From contig CAWJKT010000010.1 of NCBI GenBank assembly GCA_963843375.1, forward strand, positions 64,001 through 128,000: a DNA stretch of 64,000 nt, in the 5' to 3' direction. Made by a program: the position numbers and the translations under genes. Position 1 is the first letter of the stretch. Every line of letters begins with the position of its first letter. This document shows, one piece after another, positions 47,897-59,930 of this stretch. The notes under the pieces are model-generated. The model was not told where the DNA came from and ran no database searches. It saw only the letters and a program-made list of their open reading frames with translations. The DNA comes from an uncultured Pseudomonadota bacterium (GTDB lineage Bacteria > Oederibacteriota > Muellerivitia > Muellerivitales > Muellerivitaceae).

Positions 47897-49145
47897 ATGA
47901 CCGGGTTTCATTTAAAAAATAACCACTGGTGTTCCGATGGAGTTATTCTTTCCACAATCGCGGAAAAAGTTGGAACGCCCTGCTATGTCTACAGCCTTCC
48001 GGCTTTTGAGGAAAGGTATCGGGAAATTGATCAGGCTTACCGATCCGTGCCTCATTTGGTGGCTTATTCCATGAAGGCCAACGGAAACCTGTCGGTTGTA
48101 AGCGCATTGGCCAAATTGGGGTCTGGGACCGACGTGGTTTCAGGGGGGGAATTGTTTAAAGCCCGCAAGGCGGGGGTTGCACCCAATAAGATCATCTTTG
48201 CGGGTGTTGGCAAGACCGATCGACGAAATCGCTTATGGATTAAAAGAAGGCATTAGGTATTTCAATGTGGAATCCATTCCGGAAATCTTGGCCATCAACG
48301 ATGTAGCACATAAAATGAAAAAAATCGCGCCGATTGCCATTCGCTTTAATCCGGACGTCGATCCTAAAACCCACCATTACATTACGACCGGTAAAAAAGA
48401 GACTAAGTTTGGGGTTTATCTGGGTGATGTGGAAAAAGTCATAGAAGTTGTCCGCCAATGCCGGTGGGTTCATTGGACGGGTGTTCATGCTCATATCGGA
48501 AGCCAAATGACTCAAACCGGGTCGGTGGGCAAAGCCGCTAAAGTCATTGAAAAACTGGTCCTCCAACTTCGGCGGGAGGGTTTTCCCATCCATACCGTGA
48601 ATTTAGGAGGCGGTTATGGAATTGATTACGAAGGCGAAAAGCCGCCCAAACCCTCCCAATACGCCGCCTTGGTTTTGCCAGTCATCAAGCGTTTGAATGC
48701 CACCCTGGTTTTGGAACCGGGCCGGTATATCTCTGGCAATTCAGGTGTGCTTTTAACCCGTGTCACCTATGTGAAACAAAGCGGGACTAAAACTTTCTAC
48801 ATTGTCGATGCGGGAATGGGGGAACTCATTCGTCCATCTCTCTACGAGGCTTACCACCGAATTGCCCCGGCCATAGGCTCTCAAAAACCCGTTCAAAAGG
48901 TGGATGTGGTAGGCCCCATTTGCGAATCGGGTGACTTTTTCGCCAAGGACCGGCGACTTGCGGCGATGCAACGCGGGGATTTAATGGTTATTTTCTCCGC
49001 CGGGGCGTACGGCAGCGTGATGGGTAGTACCTATAACGCCCGTCCATTGCCGCCGGAAGTCGTCGTTCGAGGTTCCCGATTCCATGTGGCTCGCCAGAGA
49101 CAAACTTGGCAGGATTTGGTCCGTTCGGAAAAAATTCTGTCCTAA
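47897..49145 (+). CDS. lysA: Diaminopimelate decarboxylase (frameshift near 48220)
   Basis: YSMKAN, DVVSGGEL, HAHIGSQ, EPGR, GPICESGD, GAYG. Confidence 0.92.
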
Positions 49146-49263
49146 GCCGGGTTTCAGAAAGTTCACTTGCGATAGCGGGAAAAATTCCCTAATATAACTT
49201 TCACACAACTCCAACCCCCAATCGGGGGTTTTGTTATTTTGGGACAAAGGACCGGTAAATCGA

Positions 49264-50160
49264 ATGTTTCGTGGAGCTTATACCGCGCTGGTGACGCCAT
49301 TTAAAAATGGACAGGTGGATTATGGAGCCCTTGAGGCTTTGATTGAAAACCAAATATCAAAAGGTATTGACGGTCTTGTGCCGTGCGGCACGACGGGGGA
49401 ATCCCCCACACTGACGGAAAAAGAACACGGGGAAGTTATTGCCTTTACGGTAAAGACTTCCCGGGGAAGGCTTCCAGTGATCGCTGGAACCGGCTCAAAC
49501 GCCACTGCGGAAGCCATTCAACTCTCTCGGCACGCTAAAGAAGTTGGCGCTGACGCGGTTTTATTGGTTTGCCCCTATTACAACAAACCCAGCCAAAGAG
49601 GCCTCATCGCTCATTTCACCGCCATTGCGGATGCGGTGGTTATTCCCCAAATTCTTTACAACATCCCTGGGAGGTCGGTGATCAACATGACTCCTGAAAC
49701 TATTTTCGAACTTTCAAGGCATCCAAACATCGTCGGCGTCAAGGAAGCCAGTGGTAACTTGGAACAAATGACCCGGATAAGAAGTCTTTGTGCCCCCGAT
49801 TTTTCCCTCATCTCGGGGGATGATACTCTCACCCTTCCCGTTCTGTCGGTTGGAGGCACAGGAGTCATATCGGTGACATCCCATATAATCCCGCAGGAAA
49901 CTTCCCGAATCGTGCATTCCTATCTTGAGGGAAAAACCGACGAGTCCCGTGACCTTTTTATGAAATATTTTGATTTGGTTAAAACGATTGTTACCGCCGA
50001 TGTGAATCCGGTTGGAATCAAAACAGCTCTGGCCCTCCGGGGACAGGTGGCCGAGGAATTCCGGCTTCCCCTGGTTCCCGCATCCCCCGATGCCAAGGAA
50101 ACCATCCGCAAGCAATTGGACCGTCATGGATTATTGGCGCCTGCTGGGCAGCGCCGATGA
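49264..50160 (+). CDS. dapA: 4-hydroxy-tetrahydrodipicolinate synthase
   Basis: GTTGES, PYYNKP, LYNIPGR, GVKEASG. Confidence 0.95.
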   Translation: MFRGAYTALVTPFKNGQVDYGALEALIENQISKGIDGLVPCGTTGESPTLTEKEHGEVIAFTVKTSRGRLPVIAGTGSNATAEAIQLSRHAKEVGADAVLLVCPYYNKPSQRGLIAHFTAIADAVVIPQILYNIPGRSVINMTPETIFELSRHPNIVGVKEASGNLEQMTRIRSLCAPDFSLISGDDTLTLPVLSVGGTGVISVTSHIIPQETSRIVHSYLEGKTDESRDLFMKYFDLVKTIVTADVNPVGIKTALALRGQVAEEFRLPLVPASPDAKETIRKQLDRHGLLAPAGQRR

Positions 50161-50975
50161 GTGTGCGCTTAGCCGTATCCGGTGCTACGGGCCGGATGGG
50201 CCATACAATCCTTGAATTGGTTTCCAAAGACCCCCAATTTGAAATTACCGGTGCGTTAGAATCAAGTTCCCATGCGGCAGTTGGCAAAAGCCTGTCGGAA
50301 GTTTTGCCTTCCCTGGGAACGGGGTTTAAAGTCTCGGTAAATTCGGCCATTTCCCGATTGAATCCCAAACCCCAGGTTCTGATCGATTTCACCCAACCGG
50401 CGGCAACCTTGGGTTATTTAAAAGAGGCGGCGGCTTCCGGTATCGGATTGGTGATTGGAACCACTGGTTTTTCGTACCCCGAAAAAAAATTAATTCATGA
50501 TGCCGCTAATACCATTCCAATAGTTATGTCCTCCAACATGAGCGTCGGCATGAACCTGCTTTTTGCCCTGGTGGAAGAAGCGGCGGCCAAACTGGGTCAA
50601 GATTACGATGTGGAAATCGTGGAAGCCCACCATCATTTCAAAAAAGACGCGCCTTCCGGTTCGGCTTTAAGCCTAGGGGAATCAGTAGCCCGTGCCTGGA
50701 AAGTGAACCTAAAGGATGTCGCCACCCATGGCAGGGAAGGGCAGGTTGGGGAACGAAAAAAAGGAACCATTGGTTTTCATGCGGTCCGGGGCGGTGATAT
50801 TGTGGGTGACCATACCGTCCTTTACGCGGGCCAGGGCGAACGATTGGAATTGACACATCGGGCCAGTAGCCGGGAAGCTTTTGCGAGGGGAGCCTTAAAA
50901 GCGGCCCTGTTCCTTTCCACTAAAAGTAATGGATTTTATGACATGTTTGACGTCCTCAGTTTACGTAGTAAATAA
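50157..50975 (+). CDS. dapB: 4-hydroxy-tetrahydrodipicolinate reductase
   Basis: GATGRMG, IGTTG, EAHHHFKKDAPSG. Confidence 0.95.
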   Translation: MSVRLAVSGATGRMGHTILELVSKDPQFEITGALESSSHAAVGKSLSEVLPSLGTGFKVSVNSAISRLNPKPQVLIDFTQPAATLGYLKEAAASGIGLVIGTTGFSYPEKKLIHDAANTIPIVMSSNMSVGMNLLFALVEEAAAKLGQDYDVEIVEAHHHFKKDAPSGSALSLGESVARAWKVNLKDVATHGREGQVGERKKGTIGFHAVRGGDIVGDHTVLYAGQGERLELTHRASSREAFARGALKAALFLSTKSNGFYDMFDVLSLRSK

Positions 50976-51078
50976 ATTTGAACCGCCAAGTTCACCTAAA
51001 AAGACAACGAAATTGTTCCAAACAAGTTAGGGATTTATTTTAACTTGTTGACCCTGGCGGCAAAAGATTAGGTTCTTC

Positions 51079-51846
51079 GTGAGAATCTCGCGACTTCTTC
51101 ATAACGGCAAACCCCGCTGGGCCATGATGCTGGAATCCGGGGACACTTACCGTCTTTTTCATTCCGACGAACCCTGGAACGACCAGACTTTTGACCCCAA
51201 ATCCTATCCGGTTCATTCCGAAAACCTTTTGGCTCCTGCCCTTCCAAGTAAAATTGTCGCCGTGGGTCTGAATTATCGCGACCACATTCAGGAAATGAAA
51301 CATGAGGACCACAAGGAGCCGGTTCTTTTCCTGAAACCACCCTCCGCTTTGTTGAAACCGGAAGGTAAAATCCTGTATCCTCCCTCATCTTCACGCGTAG
51401 ATTACGAGGCCGAATTGGCTGTTGTGCTGAAAAGCCGCTTGCGTAAAGCTGGCCCCAAAGAAGCCCTGGAAGCCGTTTGGGGATTCACCTGTTGCAATGA
51501 CGTGACGGCCCGGGATTTGCAGAAAACGGACGGTCAGTGGACAAGGGCCAAGGGGTTCGACAGCTTTTGTCCCCTGGGTCCCTGGCTGGTAACGGATTTT
51601 TTGGAGAAAAACCAAAAAATATTATGCCGGGTAAATGGGGAAACAAAACAATCCGCGAAGATTTCCATGAGGATTTGGAACACGGCTGAATTACTTTCTT
51701 TTGTTTCAAAAGTCATGACCTTGGAACCCTTGGATGTCTTGACTACGGGAACCCCTTCCGGGATTGGGCCCGTAAATCCGGGGGATATCGTTGAAGTTGA
51801 AGTAGAAGGAATTGGCATTCTACGAAATCAAGTTGCAGCTATTTAG
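51079..51846 (+). CDS. Fumarylacetoacetate hydrolase-family protein
   Basis: GLNYRDH, DYEAEL, NDVTARD, KGFDSFCPLGP, TGTPSG. Confidence 0.9.
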   Translation: MRISRLLHNGKPRWAMMLESGDTYRLFHSDEPWNDQTFDPKSYPVHSENLLAPALPSKIVAVGLNYRDHIQEMKHEDHKEPVLFLKPPSALLKPEGKILYPPSSSRVDYEAELAVVLKSRLRKAGPKEALEAVWGFTCCNDVTARDLQKTDGQWTRAKGFDSFCPLGPWLVTDFLEKNQKILCRVNGETKQSAKISMRIWNTAELLSFVSKVMTLEPLDVLTTGTPSGIGPVNPGDIVEVEVEGIGILRNQVAAI

Positions 51847-51860
51847 ACGCGGAGGAACAA

Positions 51861-53027
51861 ATGGATTTCCCACAAGCCGAACGGATGAAAAAATTTCCAC
51901 CTTATCTTTTTATCGAAATGGATAAAAAGAAAAAAGCGGCCATCGAAAAAGGCGTGGACATCATAAGCCTGGCCATAGGCGACCCCGATTTGGCCACTCC
52001 CGATTTCATTGTGGAGGCCCTTTACAAAGCCGCCAAAGACAAGGCCAACCACCAGTATCCGCTAGGGCCGGGGCTACCCAAGTTTCGCGAGGCCGTGGCC
52101 TATTGGTATGACCGCCGCTTTGGGGTCAAGCTTGACTGGAAAGATGAAGTGGTGGCCTTGATTGGCTCCAAGGAAGGAATTGGTCATCTTCCAATTGGGA
52201 TCATCAACCCCGGGGATGTGGTTCTCATGCCTTCGCCTGGATATCCGGTTTATCATGCGGGAACACTTTTTGCTGGAGGTGAATCTTATTTCATGCCGCT
52301 TTTGGAAAAGAACAATTTTTTACCCGATTTGGACGCCATTCCGACTGGATGTTCTCAAAAGAGCTAAACTGATTTGGACCAATTCGCCCAATAATCCCAC
52401 TGCTGTCCTCGCGGGAAAGGATTTTTTCACCAAAGTGATTGCATTCGCCCAAAAACATCAATCTCATCGTGGCCAACGACGCCGCTTATACCGAAATCTA
52501 TTACGACGGGGAAAAAGCCGATCAGTTTCCTGGAACTTCCGGGTGCCAAGGAAGTCGGTGTGGAATTTCATTCCCTTTCGAAAACTTTCAATATGACCGG
52601 TTGGCGTGTGGGTTTTGCCGTGGGAAACAAAAGCGTCGTGAAGGCTCTGGCCGATGTGAAAGGAAACCTAGATTCGGGTGTTTTCAACCCCGTCCAATAC
52701 GCGGGAATTGCGGCCTTGGAAGCGCCCGATTCGGTCACGGAAAATATTCGTAAAATCTACCAGGAACGCCGGGATATTTTTGCCGCGGGTTTGAAAAAAC
52801 TGGGATGGCAATTCCATGTTCCCAAAGCCGCTTTTTACTTCTGGGTCAAGGTGCCAAACGGCATGACTTCCGCCGATTGGTGCGGAAAGGTATTGGAAGA
52901 GGCTGGAATCGTAGTCACACCGGGCAACGGATTTGGCAAGGAAGGCGAAGGCTATTTCCGCATGACCATTACGGTGGATAAAGCCCGCCTGGAAGAAGCG
53001 ATACAAAGACTAGGAAAACTCAAATAA
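51861..53027 (+). CDS. dapL: LL-diaminopimelate aminotransferase (two frameshifts)
   Basis: PPYLF, GSKEG, PNNPT, DAAY, EFHSLSKTFNMTGWR across three frames; dap cluster context. Confidence 0.85.
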
Positions 53028-53113
53028 GATGACGGTCGGTTGTTGATAAGGCCATTAGTTATCTATAATCCTCTGCACCAACCGTCTACCAGCGGCTAAA
53101 AGCTGGGAATTAA

Positions 53114-53589
53114 ATGGCTTTGGTTTATTTGTCTTTAGGGTCAAATTTGGGTAATCGGGACTTAATACTTAGCACAAGCCCGGAAGGCCATCGAGAAATC
53201 ATTTTCCATCGTCCGATTCTCAAAGTTTACGAAACCGAACCCGTGGATGTTACGGACCAACCCTGGTTTTTGAACCAAGTGGCCGAATTGCAGACCGACT
53301 TGGCGCCGGAAACTTTGCTAGAATGGGCACGGGTTTTGGAAAGCCAAGCCGGACGCCAAAGGGACATCCCCAAAAGGCCCACGGACTTTGGACATTGATA
53401 TATTGCTTTATGATGACTGGATTTTGGATGTCGAAGAGCTGGTGTTGCCCCACCCGCGCCTGGAGCAACGACGGCATGTTTTAGTACCTTTAATGGAACT
53501 ATCGCCGGAAAGGATCCTTCCGACCACGTCAAAAAACGGTCCGGGAAGCCCTTGAAACAAGTAAAAGACTTCGGCACAGGTTAAAACCC
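53114..53589 (+). CDS. folK: HPPK / FolK (frameshifted; end approximate)
   Basis: YLSLGSNLG, YETEP, FLNQV; PRTLDIDILL and LPHPR in another frame. Confidence 0.85.
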
Positions 53590-54233
53590 ATGCTTCACCA
53601 TAAATATATCGCGATCGAGGGTCCGATTGGTGTGGGGAAAACCAGTCTGGCGGATATCCTCGCCAAAAAACTAAACTCCCGTTTGATATTGGAAGGTGCG
53701 GAAGAAAATCCATTCATTACCGAGTTCTATAAAGACATCAAAAAACACGCTTTCCAAACCCAAATGTTTTTCCTTCTTTCCCGATACCGCCAACAGCAGG
53801 AAATGACCCAAAGCGACCTTTTCCAGCAAGGCATTGTGAGCGACTACGTTTTCGCCAAGGACCGGATTTTCGCCAACCTAACTTTGGACGACAATGAGTT
53901 AAAACTTTATGAACAAATTCATTCCATTTTAGGTGGCGGGTTTTGAAACCCGATTTTGTCATCTATCTCCAGGCTTCCACTGATGTTCTCTTGAAACGAA
54001 TCTCCATGCGGGGTCGGAAATTTGAAAACCAAATCACAGGGGATTACTTGGCGGAATTGAATCAGGCCTATAACTATTATTTCTTCCACTATCAGGAAAC
54101 TCCTTTGATGGTCGTCAATACAAGTGAGATCGATTTTGTCCACCGGGACGCGGACCTGGACGATCTTTTGACTCACATGGCGAAAGTCACCAAGGGAACG
54201 GTTTATTACCAACCCGTCAGCGTGAAAAAATAA
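53590..54233 (+). CDS. Deoxynucleoside kinase (frameshift near 53935)
   Basis: IAIEGPIGVGKT, FQTQMFFL, KPDFVIYLQA. Confidence 0.88.
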
Positions 54234-55049
54234 TGTCCGCCAAACAAACACCATATTGGATTTCCAAAACAAGTGCGACCGGGGTGAAAAACTCGTTGTG
54301 GTGACGGCTTATGATTATTCCATGGCTTTGGCGGTTGATGCCGCCGGGGTGGATGCCATTCTCGTGGGGGACAGCCTTTCCATGACCATGTTGGGCCGTC
54401 CCAATACTCTTTCGGCCACGATGGATGAGATGATCCACCACACCAAGGCGGTTACAAAGGGGGTCAAGAATGCCCTTATTATAGGGGACCTACCTTTTCT
54501 TTCTTATCAACTTGGGACTGGAAGAGGCTTTGGATAACGCCGGAGCCTTCCTCACCGAAGCTGGAGCCCAAGCGGTGAAACTGGAATGGTGTCCGCAAGC
54601 CCCCGAAGTAACGGCCTTTTTGGTTGAGAATGGGATTCCGGTCATGGGCCACGTGGGTTTTACCCCTCAACATGTTAACCAATTAGGGGGCTATCACTCC
54701 CAAGGTAAGGACAAGTCCACTGCCTTAAAATTACTTCAACAAGCAAAAGCATTGGAAAAGGCGGGCGCTTTTTCGGTGGTTTTGGAATTGGTGCCGGCAG
54801 AAGTGGCAAAAAAAATAACCGATTCACTTCGAATTCCAACAATTGGTATTGGTGCCGGACCCTTATTGTGACGGCCAAGTCCAGGTCCTTCACGACCTTT
54901 TGGGATTGCTTCCCGACTTTCATCCCAAACACGCCAAAGCTTATCTTAAACTGCACGAAGCTATTCGTGATGCCGTCCAACAATATGCCTATGGAAGTAA
55001 GAACCCAAAAATTCCCCAAGTAAGGCATCATCCCAAAGGTCCCCAATGA
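54233..55049 (+). CDS. panB: 3-methyl-2-oxobutanoate hydroxymethyltransferase (frameshifted)
   Basis: [35 protein letters not shown]. Confidence 0.9.
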
Positions 55050-55892
55050 AAACTATCGTAGCTCCTTTCGAAGTCCATAAGCTTGTCCGGAAATGGCGTC
55101 AAACCCAAAAAACAATTGGTTTTGTACCGACGATGGGCGCCCTCCATGAAGGTCATTTGGAATTGGTGCGGACCTGCCGCAAGCAAAACAAGATACCGTT
55201 GTTTCGATTTATGTGAATCCCCTCCAGTTCGGTCCCCATGAGGATTTCAACCAATATCCCCGGATGATGGAAAAGGACTTGGAACTCCTCCAAAAAGAAA
55301 AAGTTCATTTGCTTTACAACCCAACGAACCGGGAAATGTACCCGAAAGGATTTTCCACTGAAATCAAAGTTAAGGGACCACTGGTCGAAGGTCTTTGCGC
55401 GCCCTATCGCCCCGGACACTTTGACGGCGTGGCCACGGTGGTGGTTAAACTTTTGGGAGCCGTTCAACCCGACCGGCTTTACCTTGGCCAAAAAGACGCA
55501 CAACAAGCCGCTGTCCTAAAAAAGGTGATCGCAGATCTTGAACATTGCGACCCAGACAGTGACATGCCCAATCGTCCGTGAACATGATGGACTGGCCATG
55601 AGCTCCCGGAATCAAAAATTAAGTTTGGAAGGACGGAATATTGCGCCTGTCCTTTACAGAGCGTTGAAAGTGGGGAAGAGCATCGTGGAATTGGGAGAAA
55701 CCGAGTAGTCGAAAAAGTGCTGGAAGAAATAAAAAAAGTGATTGCTGATGAACGTAAAGTCAAGATTCAATACTTGGAGGCGGTAAAAGCCGAAAGCTTG
55801 GAGCCTGTAAAGCGAAATAAATCCGGGCACGACTGATTGCCTTGGCGGCCTACCTTGACAATGTCCGGTTGATTGACAATATTGTTATCTAA
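55046..55892 (+). CDS. panC: Pantoate-beta-alanine ligase (frameshifted)
   Basis: [47 protein letters not shown]. Confidence 0.9.
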
Positions 55893-56024
55893 CAGAAAAC
55901 CGATTGTTATTTCGAATCGCAGAAAGACGGAAATGACCTTAAATAAGGCATTGCTTCTTGAAGGCTGGATGCGTCCGGTCTTTCGGTTAAACTGTCGAAT
56001 ATTGAATCCCAATTCGAGGAAAAC

Positions 56025-56394
56025 ATGGCCCGTACATTCGTTAAATCCAAGATCCATCAAGTGAGTGGTTACTCAAACCGAACTTTGGTACGAGGGAAGT
56101 ATCACGCTGGATTCAAAATTGATGAAAGCCGCAGACATCGCCCCTTATGAGCAGGTTCACGTCTTGAATCTTAACAACGGCAGCCGGATCGCTACTTATG
56201 CCATTGAAGGGAAAGCCCAATTCGGGGGTCGTGTGCATGAACGGGGCGGCGGCCCGGCACACTGAGATCGGTGACAAGCTCATCGTTCTTGACTTATGAA
56301 AGTTTTCCCCAGGCACCTTCCGCCGGTTATTCTCCGACCGTAGTTTCGGTCAACGCGGAGAACAAAGTCACGAAGGTAAAGAGAGGAAGCTTGA
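56025..56394 (+). CDS. panD: Aspartate 1-decarboxylase (frameshifted; end approximate)
   Basis: KSKIH, YEGSIT cleavage motif, NGSRIATY, NGAAAR. Confidence 0.88.
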
Positions 56395-56396
56395 CC

Positions 56397-57332
56397 ATGT
56401 CACTTGACCTGTTTTTAGATGACACGGAACTTATTGCCCGCATCCAGGAACTGAAAAAGGAGCGAAAGCCATTATTTTGGCCCATAGTTATGAGCGGCCC
56501 GGAAGTACAGGATATCGCTGATTATGTCGGGGATTCTCTGGAACTTTCCCGTTTGGCGGCAAAGACGGATGCCGATGTCATCGTTTTTTGCAGCGTCCAT
56601 TTCATGGCGGAAACCGCCAAAATCCTTTCACCCCAAAAAACCGTTTTATTGCCCGCCGCTGAAGCGGGTTGCCCACTGGCCGATATGATCACGCCCGCCC
56701 AATTGGAAGCGGAAAAAGCCAAGTATCCGAATGCCGCGGTGGTGGCCTATGTCAATTGTTCCGCCGAAATCAAGTCCATGGCCGACGTCTGCTGTACTTC
56801 GGCGAATGCCCTTCAGGTCGTAAATGCCATGCCCCAGGAAGAAATTCTTTTCGTGCCCGACCACCACCTGGGCCGCTGGGTGCAGACCCAGACGCATAAA
56901 AAAATGATCCTCTGGGCAGGCTGCTGTCCGACGCATCAGCGGATGAAGCCCAAGGACATCATCGCCCTCAAGCAGGAACATCCGGACGCGGTCGTGGTGG
57001 TCCATCCCGAGAGCAACGAGGATATCTGCAACATGGCGGACGCCATCCTTTCGACGTCCCAAATGCTGCGTTATTGCCAGGGCTCACCGGCCAAAACCTT
57101 CATCATCGGCACCGAAATGGGTATGCTGCACCGTCTGCGAACATCCATGCCGGAAAAAAGTTTCCTTCTTCCGACCAAAAGTCTTATTTGCCCCAACATG
57201 AAAATGACCCAATTGGAAGATGTTTACGAGTCCTTGAAGGAACTCCAACATCCCATCGAAATTCCCGAACCCATCCGGATCAAGGCGCTCAAAGCTCTCG
57301 ACGGCATGTTGGCGGCGGTTCCCACGAAGTGA
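56397..57332 (+). CDS. nadA: Quinolinate synthase
   Basis: ADYVGDSLEL, HFMAETAKIL, AGCPLAD, YVN, CCTSANA, HPE, CPNMK. Confidence 0.93.
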   Translation: MSLDLFLDDTELIARIQELKKERKPLFWPIVMSGPEVQDIADYVGDSLELSRLAAKTDADVIVFCSVHFMAETAKILSPQKTVLLPAAEAGCPLADMITPAQLEAEKAKYPNAAVVAYVNCSAEIKSMADVCCTSANALQVVNAMPQEEILFVPDHHLGRWVQTQTHKKMILWAGCCPTHQRMKPKDIIALKQEHPDAVVVVHPESNEDICNMADAILSTSQMLRYCQGSPAKTFIIGTEMGMLHRLRTSMPEKSFLLPTKSLICPNMKMTQLEDVYESLKELQHPIEIPEPIRIKALKALDGMLAAVPTK

Positions 57333-58165
57333 AAAGGGCTCCATCCAGGCGCCTTGGAATCGTCGGTTGTGGCGCCATCGGTTCGCTGGTAGCCCGTCTC
57401 CTTGAAAATAAAAAATCTTCCTTTCGCGTTACCGCACTTTTCGACATTAACCGCTCATCCGCTGTTGGACTCTCAAACAAATTGAAATCTCGACCTGCTA
57501 TTTGTGCCCGGAGTAAGTTCCGTTGCTCGAGAAATGCGACATCGTTTTGGAAGCGGCTTCCGTTCCGAGCGTCGCTTGCTATTGCTATTTCCGCATTGAA
57601 AAAAAAGAAACCCATCGTGATGATGAGCACCGGGGGATTTCTTCTTCATCAAAAACAATTGGAAAAACTAGCCCGGCGTTACCGGACCAAAATTCATCTT
57701 CCCTCAGGAGCCCTTTGCGGATTGGACGGTTTAAAAGCCGCCCGGCAAATCGGTGAAATAAGGGAATTGCGCATCACCTCCACTAAACCATCCAAGGAGT
57801 TTTGAGGGGGCTCCCGGTTTAACCTCATGCTCAAAAACAAATTGCTTTCCAAAAGAAAAACCCCTTTTTATCTTTATCGCGGGGATGTTTGGGGAGCTAT
57901 CCATCGTTTTCCGGCTAATATCAATGTGGCCGCGACAACGGCTTTGGCTTCTGGAAATCCCCAAAAACTCAAAGTTCGGATCATGGCCGATCCAAAAACC
58001 AAATTTAATCAGCACGAAATTCATGTTTCAGGTGATTTTGGCGAGTTGACAGCTGTCTCTCGCAACTTTCCTTCAAAGCAGAACCCCAAAACCAGCGCCT
58101 TAGCCATACAAGCGGCCCTCGCGCTCTTTGAGCGTTTGGAAAGTTATGTGGAAGTGGGAAACTGA
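57329..58165 (+). CDS. nadX: L-aspartate dehydrogenase (frameshifted)
   Basis: GIVGCGAIG, PSGALCGLD, TKP, FPANINVAA, NPKTSALA; follows nadA. Confidence 0.85.
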
Positions 58166-59150
58166 TGCCAGAACCATCGACTACCGGCGTTCCCTGCGCG
58201 ATTCAAATAAGGAATCTTTCGAAAACATATAAAACCGGTTTTTGGTTCACCCCCAAAATCACTCACGCCCTTAAAAATCTTCACTTGGATGTTTACGAAA
58301 ATCAGGCTTTCGGCCTAATGGGTCTTGAATGGGGCCGGAAAAACAACGGTTATTAAGTTGGTCTTGGGTCTTTTGAAACCTACGAAAGGATCCATTGAGG
58401 TTTTAGGCGGAAAAATTTCCAATAGTCAAGTCCGCAAGCAAATAGGATATCTTTCCGAATTGCCCTATTTTTCCAAACAGCATACCGGTCAGGGAGTTAC
58501 TTGAATATTTTGGCTCCTTGCATGGCTTAGTCGGGTTAGCCACTCTGGCCCACCGGGTGGATGAAATTTTGAATTAGTCAGAATGACTCCGACCTGCCAA
58601 AGATAAAGTTTCCGGATATTCCAAAGGAATGCTCCAGCGCATCGGAATAGGTCAGGCGCTTATTGGAAAACCCACAACTCCTTATTTGCGATGAACCCAT
58701 GAGTGGCCTGGACCCTGTGGGTTACAAGGAGATGCGGGATATATTCATCGACTTGAAAAAAACAGGAACGACCCTTTTTCTAAACACCCACATCTTGGAT
58801 GAAGTGGAACGTATTTGCGATCAGTATCGGAATTCTCCATGACGGAATGTTGAAAGAAACGGTACCTACATGTCCAAAATCCTGGAGTCTTCCGTTCCGG
58901 TGGATTATTGGGTGGATGTGGAGAAGGCGGAGGCGGCCAAATTGTCGGGCATGCCGTTTCAGGACGCTATCCACCATAATGGTGGGGTTCAAATAACGGG
59001 TTTGGTGCTTGCGGAAACCCTCGCTCTTTTAAACTCCCGAAAAGCCAAAATAAAGGGAGTGCGGCCCCTTTCCTCATTGGTGGAGGCTTATTTCCTTAAT
59101 GCGATCGGGGCTCAAGACCATTTGACCCGGTCCCTTCGGAGGAGGAAAAA
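58165..59150 (+). CDS. ABC transporter ATP-binding protein (heavily frameshifted; end approximate)
   Basis: NLSKTY, Walker A remnant, YSKGMLQRIG, DEPMSGLDP, THILDEVER in mixed frames. Confidence 0.75.
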
Positions 59151-59151
59151 C

Positions 59152-59930
59152 ATGAATCGAATTCTAGCCGTAGGAAATTTTACTTACCGGGAATTGATCC
59201 GAAGCAAGATGCTGTTTATTTGGCTAATTAGCGTGGTAGTATTTGTGGTCTGGCTTTTCTTTTGTCCATCCTGAGTTTTGGCAGCGTCCTTGAGATATTC
59301 ATGGATTTGGGATTAACCGGAATGGAAATATCGGGGTTGTTGGTTCTCGATTTTAAGTCTGGCCGTGACCTACACGACGGAAATGGATCAAAAAGCCATT
59401 TACCTCCATTTAGCCAAACCCCTCACGAAGGGAGAATATCTCTTGGGTCGAATTCTGGGTTTTTATGGGGTGATTTTGTTGGTGGTACTCGGGATGGGTT
59501 TGGTGGTAGTCGGATTGTTGTTTTTGTCGGGGGTGGCCAGATTCCCCCGCTCTTTCTACGATTGTGTTGTTTTCATCCTATTGGAAATGTTCGTCCTAAC
59601 CGATTCTGGGGTTGACTTATCCAAATGATCGCCACTTCCATGGTAGGAGTCGTGCTTTACACCTTTCTTCACTATTTTCCTGGGCCATTGCATCGGTGAA
59701 GTGGAATGGCTTTTAAACCAGCAAATCGCCCAATGGGTTAAAGTTCTTTTGAAGATGATTTATTACATCTTCCAAACTTGGAAGTTTTTAATTTGAAAGA
59801 CCGGATTTATGATCCCACCATGGTTTTGGGTTGGACCCAGTGGCAAGAAGTCCTCCTTTACGCCTTGGCTTATTCTTTAACCGTCTTTCTGATCGGATGG
59901 ATGAATTTGGAAAAAAGGGAATTTAAATGA
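59152..59930 (+). CDS. ABC-2 permease (frameshifted)
   Basis: MNRILAVGNFTYRELIR, LAKPLTKGEYLLGRILG, ends EKREFK. Confidence 0.7.

Noticed and set aside
56271..57332. PanD-NadA fusion, and the similar ATPase-permease fusion at 58870..59274
   Set aside because: Both lie in the indel-rich zone, and the downstream genes have their own SD and ATG (56397, 59152)
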